Assembly (NCBI RefSeq): GCF_000143415.4
Contig: NW_003314268.1
Location: 666,128-730,127, forward strand
Direction of reading: 5' to 3'
DNA length: 64,000 nucleotides
Source: Selaginella moellendorffii
Lineage: Eukaryota > Plantae > Lycopodiophyta
How positions within the stretch are numbered: position 1 is the stretch's first letter; every line of letters begins with the position of its first letter. Shown one piece after another: positions 25,601 to 35,724 of the stretch. The notes under the pieces were generated by a model. It was not told where the DNA came from and ran no database searches. It saw only the letters and a program-made list of their open reading frames with translations. Made by a program: the position numbers and the translations under genes.

Positions 25601-27704
25601 TGTCTCCGAAGGATGTCCTGGCACTTTCCCGTGAAGAAGTTGAAAAAGAGCTGGATTTTATAGCTCTGGTTCTTTTCCGTAACGAGCTGAAACCTGGCAG
25701 CAAGGAAACTATCAGAGCCTTGAAAGAGGGCGAGGTGTGAGATATTCGTTTGGTATGCTTGTTTCACATTTCGTCAATGCCTGAGGTCTTTCTAACGTCG
25801 ATGTTCCACGCCTGCTTTTAACTTTTTGTACTTGACCAGATCCGGCCTATCATGCTGACGGGGGACAATGCGCAATGCGGACACTATATAGCAAAGCAGT
25901 CAGGAATGGTGTCATCGCACGTTCAAGTCTTGGTGGGCGACGTTGTAAAAGAAAGGTAAGACTGTTTGTACTTTTAGCTTTTCAGATGTATCACGTCAAC
26001 CTTCAGGCTAGTTTGGAGTCCTGTAAAAGCCGAATCTTCAACTCACAGGAGCTTCTCAGAAGTCCTTGCGAGGCCACTTTCCACTGAAGAGATTCTAGCA
26101 CAGCACATTAAAGGACTCGAGGGAGGCATCATAGAGCTCGCCGTGACGGGAAAAGCATTCAATTTGCTCAGGACCTCTGAAGCAATGGACAGGCTTTTGT
26201 TACACACCCGTATTTTTGCGCGTTTCACACCGTCTGACAAGGTAAGAAAGTTAGTGTAAAGTTTCTTCGAGGTTTTTTTTTTCAACTTTTCTCTCGTCCA
26301 GGCGAGGGTTGCAACAATGCTCCGAGACAGAGGCTTGATTATCGGAATGTGTGGAGACGGTGGTAATGACTGTGGAGCATTACGGGCTGCTCATGCTGGT
26401 ATCGCACTCAGCGAGGCTGAAGCTTCTGTTGTTTCTCCATTCACTTCCAAAGACAAATCAGTAAGTCTCTTCCTTTCACGGATATTGGAAGATTAGTCAC
26501 TCGTTTCATATGATCGCAGATCGAATCAGTTGTTGACTTGTTACGAGAGGGGCGGGCTGCTTTGCATACATCGTTTGCATGCTACAAATTTCTAATTATC
26601 TACGGACTCATGTTTTCCATCCTAAAGCTGTGTGCTTATTGGTAAGAAAATAGACACTAAGGACGCATTTTTCACGAACTGTTCTTGTGCCTGTGCTTCT
26701 TTCAGGTATGGCATTATTCCATGCCAAATGGACTATTTCTTTATTGACGGTGTTGCGGTGTTAACACTCGGGTATGCAATGACTTTAAGCTATCCAGAAG
26801 CTAAGCTGGGGAAGGTTAGTCCCGCATGTCTGTAAGAACACTAATATGGTTGCGTAAACAGGATCGGCCAACTTCAAGCCTGCTGGGAGCTGAAAATGTC
26901 GCTTCCGTTTTGGGCATTTGGATTATAAACCTGTGTTTTCTCATCGCAGCAGTCGTGATGATGGCGAACGATCCCAATTATGTCAAATGGCCTGCTTCGT
27001 AAGTGGATGGATCTCTCCCGTTAAAGAATTCATGTTTTTCATTTGCCTTTCTAGATTTTCTCACGAGGCAAGCTGGTGGACACTAAGTGATAACTGGGAG
27101 TCGACTGTGCTCTTCTTCACGATGTACTTCCAGTTTATAACTTCCGCATTTGTCTTCACATTCGGGTCGGGCTTTCGGAAGAATGTTTTCAACAACCATT
27201 TGCTGATTGTAAGTATCTCCATCGAAACTCAGGAACTCCTTTTTTTGTTGACTCTCACATCTCTATTCTCGACGCAGGGATCTTATGCAGGGCTCGTCAT
27301 TCTGTTTTCCTTCCTCTTGCTTCTTCCACACAGCTCTCTCACCAGCTTGTGGCACGTAGCCAGCGAGCAATTCAACAGACTTGGCACAGACTCTCCAGTT
27401 TGGATCTTATATCAGGTCTGTCTCAAAAAAAGTCTTCATTCCATGTTAAGTTTTTGTTTTTTTTTGTTTCTCCTCTAGAAAGCTGGAGGAAATCCGTCAC
27501 CAGCAATGCCACTGCGCTTTCGACGGAACTTATGGCTAATTATCATCGCAAGCATGATTGGGAATTGTTTGTGGCAAAAGGTTCGTTGCTCAGTGTTATT
27601 TTCTTCACGTACTAAAGTTCTCCCTGCAGCTTTGTGTTGACGGCTTCATAGCAAAGACTATAGCAAAAAACCATCCCTCAAAACGGCCCACTTTCCATCT
27701 GTGA
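22671..27704 (+). CDS. P5-type ATPase (P5B/ATP13A-like, divergent), multi-exon
   Basis: [23 protein letters not shown], phosphorylation site [57 protein letters not shown] and [13 protein letters not shown]. Includes a GC-AG intron at 24815-24865. The start codon is uncertain. Confidence 0.92.
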
Positions 27705-27924
27705 CGGTGAATGTTCTCTTCTCTTTAGCAAAGTTGTTTCCATACTTACTAATAAAACTTTCAATCTCACAGGAACCAACTATGATTTTCAATTGATCTT
27801 ACGCGTATACACAGCTTAACAATCTTATCTACGCAATGCCATGGTATGAGATAGCTTTTTAAAGACTATTAAGCCTTTGTGTTCTTCGGCTATGGTGGCC
27901 AATACCTTGGCTATCGATAGCTGA

Positions 27925-29562
27925 TCAACACAGCGGCGTCCTCTTCTTCATCAGCCGATTAAACATGACAACGCTTCCCATCTTCCCATTCGCGGCATAC
28001 GTATGACCCAGTAGAAAATACGGGCTGGCATCCTCTTCGTCGATATCAATCGCGGCATCCGCAGCGTGGTCTCCGACCCGCTCGTCGCCAATGCTCCGGC
28101 AAGCGCAGAGAAGAATCCTCCAGCAAACCACGTTTGGATGGAACGGCATCGCGAAAATGAGCTCCACCGCCTCGTCCAGCTTCGCAGCTCGTCCGAGGAG
28201 ATCGATCATGCAGACGTAGTGATTGATGGTTGGAGCGAGACCATAGTCGCCGATCATCGAGACGAAGAGCTCCCATCCAGTTTGGATCACTCCGGAGTGG
28301 CTGCTGGACGAGAGCACGCTGATAAACGAGATGTGATCCGGAAGAACACCGTGAAGGACCATGGCGTGGAAGAGCTCGCGGGAGGAAGCGGTATGGCCGT
28401 TGTGCGAGTAGACGACCATGATCGTGTTCCAGATGACGATGTCTTTGCTGGGAAGACGATCAAAGACGTTCCTCGCGGCCGCGACGCTCCCACACTTTCC
28501 ATACATGTTGATGAGCGCGGCGGAGACGAAGGGATGGAACTCGAGGTGGGCGATGATCGCGTGGATCATCCGGCAGTGCGATCGATCCGAGTGAGATCCA
28601 AATGCCTCCAGCGCTGCGACGAAGGTGGTGCTGCTGGAAGGGATTCCTTCCAGATCCATGGCGCGGAAGAGCTGGATTGCGGGTAGAGGGCATCGGTTCT
28701 GGGCCAAGGCCGAGATCATCACCGAGCACGAGAAGGAGTCGTGATCCTGGAGAGCGATTTCATCGAACACTTGCTTGGCTCGGTGGGCATCGCCGCTGTC
28801 GCCCAGCGCCGCCACGATCGCCGTGCACGAGATCACGTCCTTCCCTGGCAAGATCGCCCAGAGATCCATCGCTTGATCCAGATGCCCGTTATGGGCAAAT
28901 GCTGAGATAGCTCCAGACCACGAAATGGAATTCCAGCTGGGCATCTTCTCGAAGAACTTGCCAGCAGAAAACGCTTTTCCCCCCTCGTCACAAGCCGAGA
29001 TCATTGCGTTCCAGGAAACCACATTGCGCTCTTCAATGAGATCGAACACCTTCTTTGCCGGATCAAATTCCCCAGTCTGGGCAAATGCTGCGATCATCGC
29101 GTTTCCGGACACTACATCCCACTGCGGCATCCGGCGATAGAAGTCCTCCGCCATCCGCCAAGATCCCTGCTGCTGCGAGCAAAACCCTATCATCGAATTC
29201 CAAGACACCACATTCCTGGACGCGCGCAAGAACAAGAGCTTTGCCTGGCACAAATCCCCCTTTTGGGCATATGCCGCGATGATGATGTTCCACGAGTAGA
29301 TGTTCTTGTGGCGGATCTTGTCAAAGACCAGTCGCGCGTCGGGCAATCGATCGCAGCTGCCATACATGTGAACGAGGAGATTGCCGAGGAAGGTCTGGCG
29401 ATCGTGGCGGTGCTTGGCGAGGAGGAGATGGAGGCGGCGTCCCTCGAGGAGGGATTTTGAGGCGCTACACTTGCGCAGTGCCACGGCGAAGGCCTGGATG
29501 TCGATGGCGACGCTCTCGTAGAGGGATTTCTTCCTCGTCTCGGCATTTTGGCACTCATTCAT
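27925..29562 (-). CDS. PLS-class PPR protein with E extension and no DYW (candidate organellar C-to-U editing factor), 545 aa
   Basis: Tandem PPR motifs (NIYSWNIIIAAYAQKG, NVVSWNAMISA), HYVCMIDLLGRA, E motifs WRILLCAC and PYFLLGHTYAANG. Intronless. Confidence 0.92.
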   Translation of the reverse strand: MNECQNAETRKKSLYESVAIDIQAFAVALRKCSASKSLLEGRRLHLLLAKHRHDRQTFLGNLLVHMYGSCDRLPDARLVFDKIRHKNIYSWNIIIAAYAQKGDLCQAKLLFLRASRNVVSWNSMIGFCSQQQGSWRMAEDFYRRMPQWDVVSGNAMIAAFAQTGEFDPAKKVFDLIEERNVVSWNAMISACDEGGKAFSAGKFFEKMPSWNSISWSGAISAFAHNGHLDQAMDLWAILPGKDVISCTAIVAALGDSGDAHRAKQVFDEIALQDHDSFSCSVMISALAQNRCPLPAIQLFRAMDLEGIPSSSTTFVAALEAFGSHSDRSHCRMIHAIIAHLEFHPFVSAALINMYGKCGSVAAARNVFDRLPSKDIVIWNTIMVVYSHNGHTASSRELFHAMVLHGVLPDHISFISVLSSSSHSGVIQTGWELFVSMIGDYGLAPTINHYVCMIDLLGRAAKLDEAVELIFAMPFHPNVVCWRILLCACRSIGDERVGDHAADAAIDIDEEDASPYFLLGHTYAANGKMGSVVMFNRLMKKRTPLC

Positions 29563-29664
29563 GGACTAGGTAGCATCGCTCTCGAAATATTTCCAAGCTA
29601 GGGTTCTAGCGAGCTTGTGGCGTGGATCTTGGCGCTTAGAGCTCTAGATCTCGCGATCCGGGCC

Positions 29665-31257
29665 ATGGCGACGTCGGCATTCCTCGAGGAGCTCAAGGTG
29701 AGAAGAAGTGTGAAATGCTCGATCTGTGTGAATGGTGATTGCTTGCGCGCGCAGGCAGCGGATCCATTCTTCGTCATGGCCGGCCCCAACGTGGTGGAAT
29801 CGGAGGAGCACATCCTCAAGATGGCGCGGCACATCAAATCCGTGACCGACGAGTGAGTAGCTCCTCCATTTCCTTCCTTTCTCATCGATTTCTTCACAGG
29901 CTCCAGCTCAAGCTCGTGTTTAAGTCGAGCTTTGACAAAGCCAATCGAACCTCCGCGCACTCTTTCCGGGGTCCGGGACTGGAAGAAGGACTGAGAGTGA
30001 GTAGAATGGAATTTCCATTGCCATTGCCGATAGATCTATCTCTTCGCTGTTCTTTCCATCCAGATTTTGGAGAGAGTGAAGGTTGAGTATGGTCTTCCGA
30101 TTGTCACGGACGTCCACGAGCCTTATCAGGTGAGTGAGAAGCGTTTCTTCTTCTTTGTTCTCTGCTCTCCAGGCTAATCGTTTCCTCGCTCAAGGATAGT
30201 GTGAGGCAGTGGCACGAGTAGCCGATGTTATACAAATTCCAGCGTTTCTTTGCCGACAGGTACTTCATATTTTCCCTTCGTTTTCTCTAGTTTTTTCTTG
30301 CGAGAAACTCTTGGCAGACGGATCTTCTTCTCGCAGCTGCTAAGACCGGCAAAGTGATCAACATAAAAAAAGGCCAGTTTTGCGCTTCCTCCGTAAGAAG
30401 CCTTTCTTATCACCTTGTTTCTCATGTGTTCTTTCTTACGCGTTTGCGTTTGTTTGTCTCTAGGTGATGACCAATTCAGCCGCTAAGATCAGGCTTGCTG
30501 GAAATCCAAACGTCATGGTCTGTGAGCGCGGCACCATGTTTGGCTACAGTAAGTATTTTTTGGATTCCAAATTCTCCTGCTGAGTGGTGTGGCTGGATTT
30601 TCGTGTAGACGACTTGATAGTCGATCCGAGGAACTTGGAATGGCTGAGAGAAGCCGAGTGCCCTGTGGTATGTATTTCTTCTAGAGTTTGTTCGGTTTAC
30701 TCTTTAAACTTCCTTTCCAGGTCGCCGATATCACGCATTCTTTGCAGCAGCCTGCTGGACGAAAAGTAAGAAACAACTTCTACATCACTCGAACTTCGAG
30801 CAACAATTTGGTGTTTTTTTGCTTGTGCTTGACAGACTGAGCATGGCGGTGTTGCTAGCGGCGGATTGAGAGAGCTGATTCCCTGCATCGCTAGAACTTG
30901 CGTGGCAGTCGGTATCGATGGGATCTTCATGGAGGTTAGTAACAATGTAAGTTTTCTAAAGTTACTAGATGTTCTTGCGAACATGCCAGGTCCATGATAA
31001 TCCTCTCAAGGCACCAGTTGATGCTCCAACACAATGGGTATAATCCTCTCACCTTTTGTTCTTCATCTAAAGGTACTCTATTGTTGCAGCCATTGAGGCA
31101 CCTCAAAGTTTTGCTCGAGGAGCTAATTTCCATCGCAGTTAAGTGCTCTTGGATTTCAAAAGAAAAAACTAACACATCTGATTTGGTGTAGAGAGTGAGC
31201 AAAGGCAAACAGCCATTTCCGATTGATCTTGAGCCAGTGAGAGATGATTTTTCATAA
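29665..31257 (+). CDS. kdsA: 3-deoxy-D-manno-octulosonate 8-phosphate (KDO8P) synthase, multi-exon
   Basis: [79 protein letters not shown] and GIFMEVHDNP. Confidence 0.95.
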
Positions 31258-31304
31258 CACCAATCTTCTACCAAGTGAAAGCTAAGTTCATTCATCAATT
31301 ATTT

Positions 31305-31665
31305 CCCCCGAGTTCCATCCCTTGTCTCTGCCGCACTCATCAACATGGAAAGTGTGCAGCCGCGAGGGTCGTCTGTGATCATCTCCCAGTTATCTAGAAC
31401 ACGGTGACAGTACTCACACAACTCTTCCTCCCTCGAGGCTCTTCCATGCGATAGTTCTTCACGATGCTCTTCCGGATCATACCCCTTCTATCTATCAGTG
31501 TCCTCTCGGCTCTAGTTCTTCACGATGCTCTTCAGGATCACACCCCTTCTATATCTATCGGCGTCCTCTCGGCTCGCTCCAACCATCGATTACTTCATCG
31601 ATCATGTCGCCCTCGCCATTGATATCTATGCGGAACATGGCAGCGTTGCCGTGTTTAACAACAGT
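31305..31665 (+). pseudogene. Deletion-riddled inverted relic of the 3' half of the PPR gene at 27925-29562, with an internal tandem duplication of about 61 bp
   Basis: cgagttccatccctt..ctcatcaacatg..gaaagtgtg matches the reverse complement of about 28545-28490, and further blocks match down to about 27960. Tandem copies at about 31452-31512 and 31513-31575. Confidence 0.75.
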
Positions 31666-31879
31666 GTCACATGATTAGTATATTGTTACTTGTGAAAGTA
31701 GTTTCATCTGATGATATTAATGATGATAATACGCAAGTGTTTTACAAGTGGCCGCTTAAAACACAAAGCATTTAGACACACGGAAAAAGCTTACAATCTT
31801 GCACGTGGCGGGTCACTATGTTCATGGTCGCAAATAAATATGAAAACCCAAGGCCTATTACACCATGCATTAATTTATC

Positions 31880-32806
31880 ATGAACTCAATAATGATATTT
31901 TTCTTATCTTCCTGTTTACTTATTTGCTTACATGCAAAACTTGAGCATGTTGAGCACCCAAATGTGCTCCCAGAAGGTTATCCACGAGATGTTGTTTTAT
32001 CTACACTTGATCAGGTGTTTGATACCATTAACTCTGAGTTAAGTTATCCTTATGGCCGTGCATATGCACTTTTTAATGTAATTGGATCATATCGACTTTT
32101 ATTGGCTGCATGGTTGCTCAATCCTGTAAATGATGAAGGTTATTGTAGTGGTCAGTATGATGTTTCTAATGGATTATCAGGAGAAGATGTTAAAACTGGT
32201 TTGTTTCCCATTTATCATGTCTTAAAAGATAAGACACAATGGGGTGGTTATGACGCTATGGTAATTATCAATGCAAATTTTATGCTTCTTTATTATCTTG
32301 AATATGGATCAAAGATTCCTACGGTCACAAATATGAACACATCATATATTAAAAATATAACAGGCTTGCAACATGGAAAGGCTAATATCTCCATTTTAGA
32401 TTTCCAAGATTGTTCAGTTGACAGCTCAAGTATGGTTAGTGGTGAAGATTATTTTGGGTTTGCAAAAATGTTCCCTGGCTCTAAAAAACTTTCAGCTAAT
32501 AGAAGATTTGAATTTGCTCTATTACACAATTGTGAACTTATTTTAGTGGATCTTTTAAATCATAATCAATATTGGACAAGTAACACAGGCCACTATGGGC
32601 AATATGGTTGCATTTTTCGCCTTCAAACAGATGGTAATTTAGTATTGTATCAAACAAATGAAATACCATTATTTACTATTAATAAATATTGTACACCTCA
32701 ACCTTGTGAAGAACCTTCTGTGTTAGCTCTTCAAGATGATGGAGACCTTGTATTATATCGCAGTTTATCAGGTGAGCGAGTTTTAGCATTAAATAAGATG
32801 TTTTAA
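31880..32806 (+). CDS. Secreted protein: signal peptide, unrecognised domain of about 170 aa, and C-terminal bulb-type (GNA) mannose-binding lectin; 308 aa, intronless
   Basis: Hydrophobic N-terminus MIFFLSSCLLICLHA. C-terminal YWTSNT, LQTDGNLVLY (full QxDxNxVxY) and LQDDGDLVLY. The 927-bp ORF stays open despite high AT content. Confidence 0.8.
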   Translation: MNSIMIFFLSSCLLICLHAKLEHVEHPNVLPEGYPRDVVLSTLDQVFDTINSELSYPYGRAYALFNVIGSYRLLLAAWLLNPVNDEGYCSGQYDVSNGLSGEDVKTGLFPIYHVLKDKTQWGGYDAMVIINANFMLLYYLEYGSKIPTVTNMNTSYIKNITGLQHGKANISILDFQDCSVDSSSMVSGEDYFGFAKMFPGSKKLSANRRFEFALLHNCELILVDLLNHNQYWTSNTGHYGQYGCIFRLQTDGNLVLYQTNEIPLFTINKYCTPQPCEEPSVLALQDDGDLVLYRSLSGERVLALNKMF

Positions 32807-32826
32807 ATTTATGATATAAGTGAAAT

Positions 32827-34536
32827 TTACTTAGAGTTTATTCCTAAGCTAATTCCAGTTAAAGCATAAACTTGGGACAAAAGAATGTAACCAGCAGAAG
32901 AAACCTTTGGAGCATAGTTGATGACAAGTCCAGCAGCTCGATTTGCTCGACCAATGTCAATCTGTGTCTTGCAAGCCCCCAAAAGAGTCATCCACTGGAC
33001 ATTGTTCTCTCGATTTGGCAGGCTTTGGATCAAGTCCTCGGCCTCGTCCAGCCTTCCATTTCGTGCCAAAACATCTATCAAGCAGAAATAGTGCTCTGCT
33101 ATTGGCAAAAGTTGGTAGTCGTCCACCATAGCCAGAAAGAACAGGAAGCTCTCGCTCAGCTTTCCTGCATGGCTGCATGCAAGAAAAACGGTGAGGAAAC
33201 AAATCTCATCAGGTTCTAAGCCTTCGACGTCCATTTGTTTGAAGAGATTCATGGCATTATCTGCTCGGCCGTGCTGGGCAAATCCAGCGCTGAGAACTGT
33301 CCAGGAGATAAGGTTCTTTTCCGGAACATCATCAAAGGCTTTCCTCGCCAGATCGAGATTTCCATTTTGCGAGAACACGGCTATCATGGTGTTGAAGGAA
33401 ACCATCGTTCTTCCTGGCATTCCGTGGAAAAGTTTTTCAGCTTCATCGCTCGAGCATTTAGTATCCCTTGCACAGGCTGCTAAGAGTGAGTTCCAAGAGA
33501 TGGCGTTTCTCCTGGGCATCGAATGGAAAATTTTCGTGGCTTCCTCGAGCTCGCCGTTGGAAGCGTAGCCTGTGATCATCGAGTTCCACGATGAGATTGT
33601 CTTCTCGACCATGGATTCAAACGTGGTCTCGGCTTGCTCCAGATTCCCCCGCCTGTGAAGAGCAGTCACAAGAGAATTCCAACTCACCACATTTTTCTCG
33701 GGCATGGATTGAAAGATCTCGTCCGCGTCTTTGATTTCCCCATGAACGGCAAAACCACTCGCAAGGGCCGTCCAAGAGACAACATCCCATTGTGGCATTC
33801 TCTTGAAAAAAATCTTTGATTGAAGCAAATCCCCGTTCCGCGCATATAGAGAAATCAATGAGTTATATGACACAATAGATTTAAAAGGCATTTGATCAAA
33901 CATTGACTTCACTTCTAGGAATCTTCTTTTGTGACCCAAACCCTCTATAATAACGTTCCAAGATGCCGAGTCTCTATACAACATTCCCTCAAAAATACCC
34001 CTTGCCATATCAATATGCCCAAAGTGGGCATATGCTACAAGCATAGCGTTGGAAAACATGACGTCATAGCTTGGAACCTTGAGATAGATATACTCAGCGG
34101 ATTCGAGATAACCTCGTAAAGAATAGGCGCGGAAAAGAGCCGTCCATGCGATAAGATCTCGCTGTGGCATACTGTCAAACAGGTTCTTACACAAATCAAA
34201 ATACCCAGTTTGGGCATATGCAACTGCGACGGTGTTCAGAACCACAAGATCTCTTTGTGGCATTTTCTCGAGCAGAAATTTGCATTCCAGAATTGATCCG
34301 TTCTGCGCAAGCGCAGTGATCAAAAGGCTCCAGGAGAAGAGATTTCGATGTTGGATGCATTGGAAGACAAACAGCGCAGAAGTGGGATCCGCGCACTTGC
34401 CATACATTTGGATCAAGAGATTGCCCAAGTAGCGATCGTGAGGCAATTGGCGGGTGATTTGGTTGTGGAGACGCTTGCCTTCTGAAATGTCTCGGCAGGA
34501 TTTTAGCAACTGAACAATAGCATTAAAGGTATTCAT
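32827..34536 (-). CDS. PLS-class PPR protein rich in short repeats with a truncated E extension, 569 aa
   Basis: Repeats of about 31 aa (DVVSWTALASGFAVHG, NVVSWNSLVTA), FLTVFLACSHAG, HYFCLIDVLARNG, WMTLLGAC and GYILLSQVY. Confidence 0.92.
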   Translation of the reverse strand: MNTFNAIVQLLKSCRDISEGKRLHNQITRQLPHDRYLGNLLIQMYGKCADPTSALFVFQCIQHRNLFSWSLLITALAQNGSILECKFLLEKMPQRDLVVLNTVAVAYAQTGYFDLCKNLFDSMPQRDLIAWTALFRAYSLRGYLESAEYIYLKVPSYDVMFSNAMLVAYAHFGHIDMARGIFEGMLYRDSASWNVIIEGLGHKRRFLEVKSMFDQMPFKSIVSYNSLISLYARNGDLLQSKIFFKRMPQWDVVSWTALASGFAVHGEIKDADEIFQSMPEKNVVSWNSLVTALHRRGNLEQAETTFESMVEKTISSWNSMITGYASNGELEEATKIFHSMPRRNAISWNSLLAACARDTKCSSDEAEKLFHGMPGRTMVSFNTMIAVFSQNGNLDLARKAFDDVPEKNLISWTVLSAGFAQHGRADNAMNLFKQMDVEGLEPDEICFLTVFLACSHAGKLSESFLFFLAMVDDYQLLPIAEHYFCLIDVLARNGRLDEAEDLIQSLPNRENNVQWMTLLGACKTQIDIGRANRAAGLVINYAPKVSSAGYILLSQVYALTGISLGINSK

Positions 34537-35285
34537 TCATTAGCTGTTTACAATGTCTTGTGGTGGCCACTAAGACAATAAGATGTCATGAGCCGTTCCT
34601 TCGCTGAACTCCTCTAGGTCTTCTGGCACCAAGCCTTCTGTCCCCTGATCTGCCTGCCACCCCTTCTGTGGCATCTTGGGTTGGAACCTCAATGTAATCC
34701 TCATTTAGCTATGGTGAGAAGTATTGTCACCCTTGTTTTGCATCTGACTCAGCTGCAGTGTAATCATGAGCATGGCATCTATGACTAAGGATTGCCACTT
34801 GATCTCCATTTCTGGTAGAAATTCTTTGGCTCAATGTTCACCTGTGAAGATTACATGTAGAACTGAATATTCTTTAATCAAGTTAATATGTTATTTTTTA
34901 ATTTAGTAGGTGTTAATTGGGTGTTTACACATGCAAATATATTCAATTGCATTTTAATTGCTATTATACAAATCAAAATGTGTTTGTGTGCATTATAATA
35001 TTTGCATAGGACATACCATATGCAAGGGGTATGCCACTTGCAATGACGTGTACAGCTCTATCATCTCCTCTTTTTTGACAGCAAGATTGTAAGCTCCAAT
35101 TTATTTGATGTACCATACTATGCTACAATCTCATCTAGCACTTGCTGCTACTGTAAAATTTTACTCCCCTAGATCAAACCTTCATCCTTTGCAAAGAGCT
35201 TGAGTGCTATGCTGTAATATATATGGTATTCACAAATTTTTCTTGTTCTGAAGTAGAGACCAACTAGACTCTAGATTGATCCCCA

Positions 35286-35692
35286 GGTGCATGTAATTAC
35301 ATAAGATCACAAGTGTGTGCTCAGTGCATCAGAAACCCTAATCAAGTGCTCCAACACAGTGATGACATTGCTAGATTGGCAAAGCTGGTGATGGACGATA
35401 GCCAATGTGTGGAAGCTCATGGCCAACACTCTTTTGGCAGTGAATGTCTATGATGCATGATTTAGGTACACTTTCAATCCAATTGAATCTCACCACACAT
35501 TTTTGCCATTCTTGCTAAACTTAAAAAGATGAAAAAGAAGATGTTGACATAGTAAATAACTTTGACATGGAATAAGAATTCATACATGGGCATGCATGCC
35601 AATATGTATATATGCATTTGATCTGTACTCTCAAGCTTTTCACCATCCATCACATAGGGAGCTTTGTGATAGTGAGAGACACACACACACAG

Positions 35693-35724
<32 letters not shown>

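Noticed and set aside
28066-28686. 206-aa plus-strand ORF, and similar ORFs opposite the kinase, trihelix and PME genes
   Set aside because: GC-rich antisense or alternative frames of well-supported genes, with no independent motifs.
27925-34536. DYW deaminase domains in the PPR genes
   Set aside because: Both ORFs stop within or just after the E region, with no PG box or HxE..CxxC motif.
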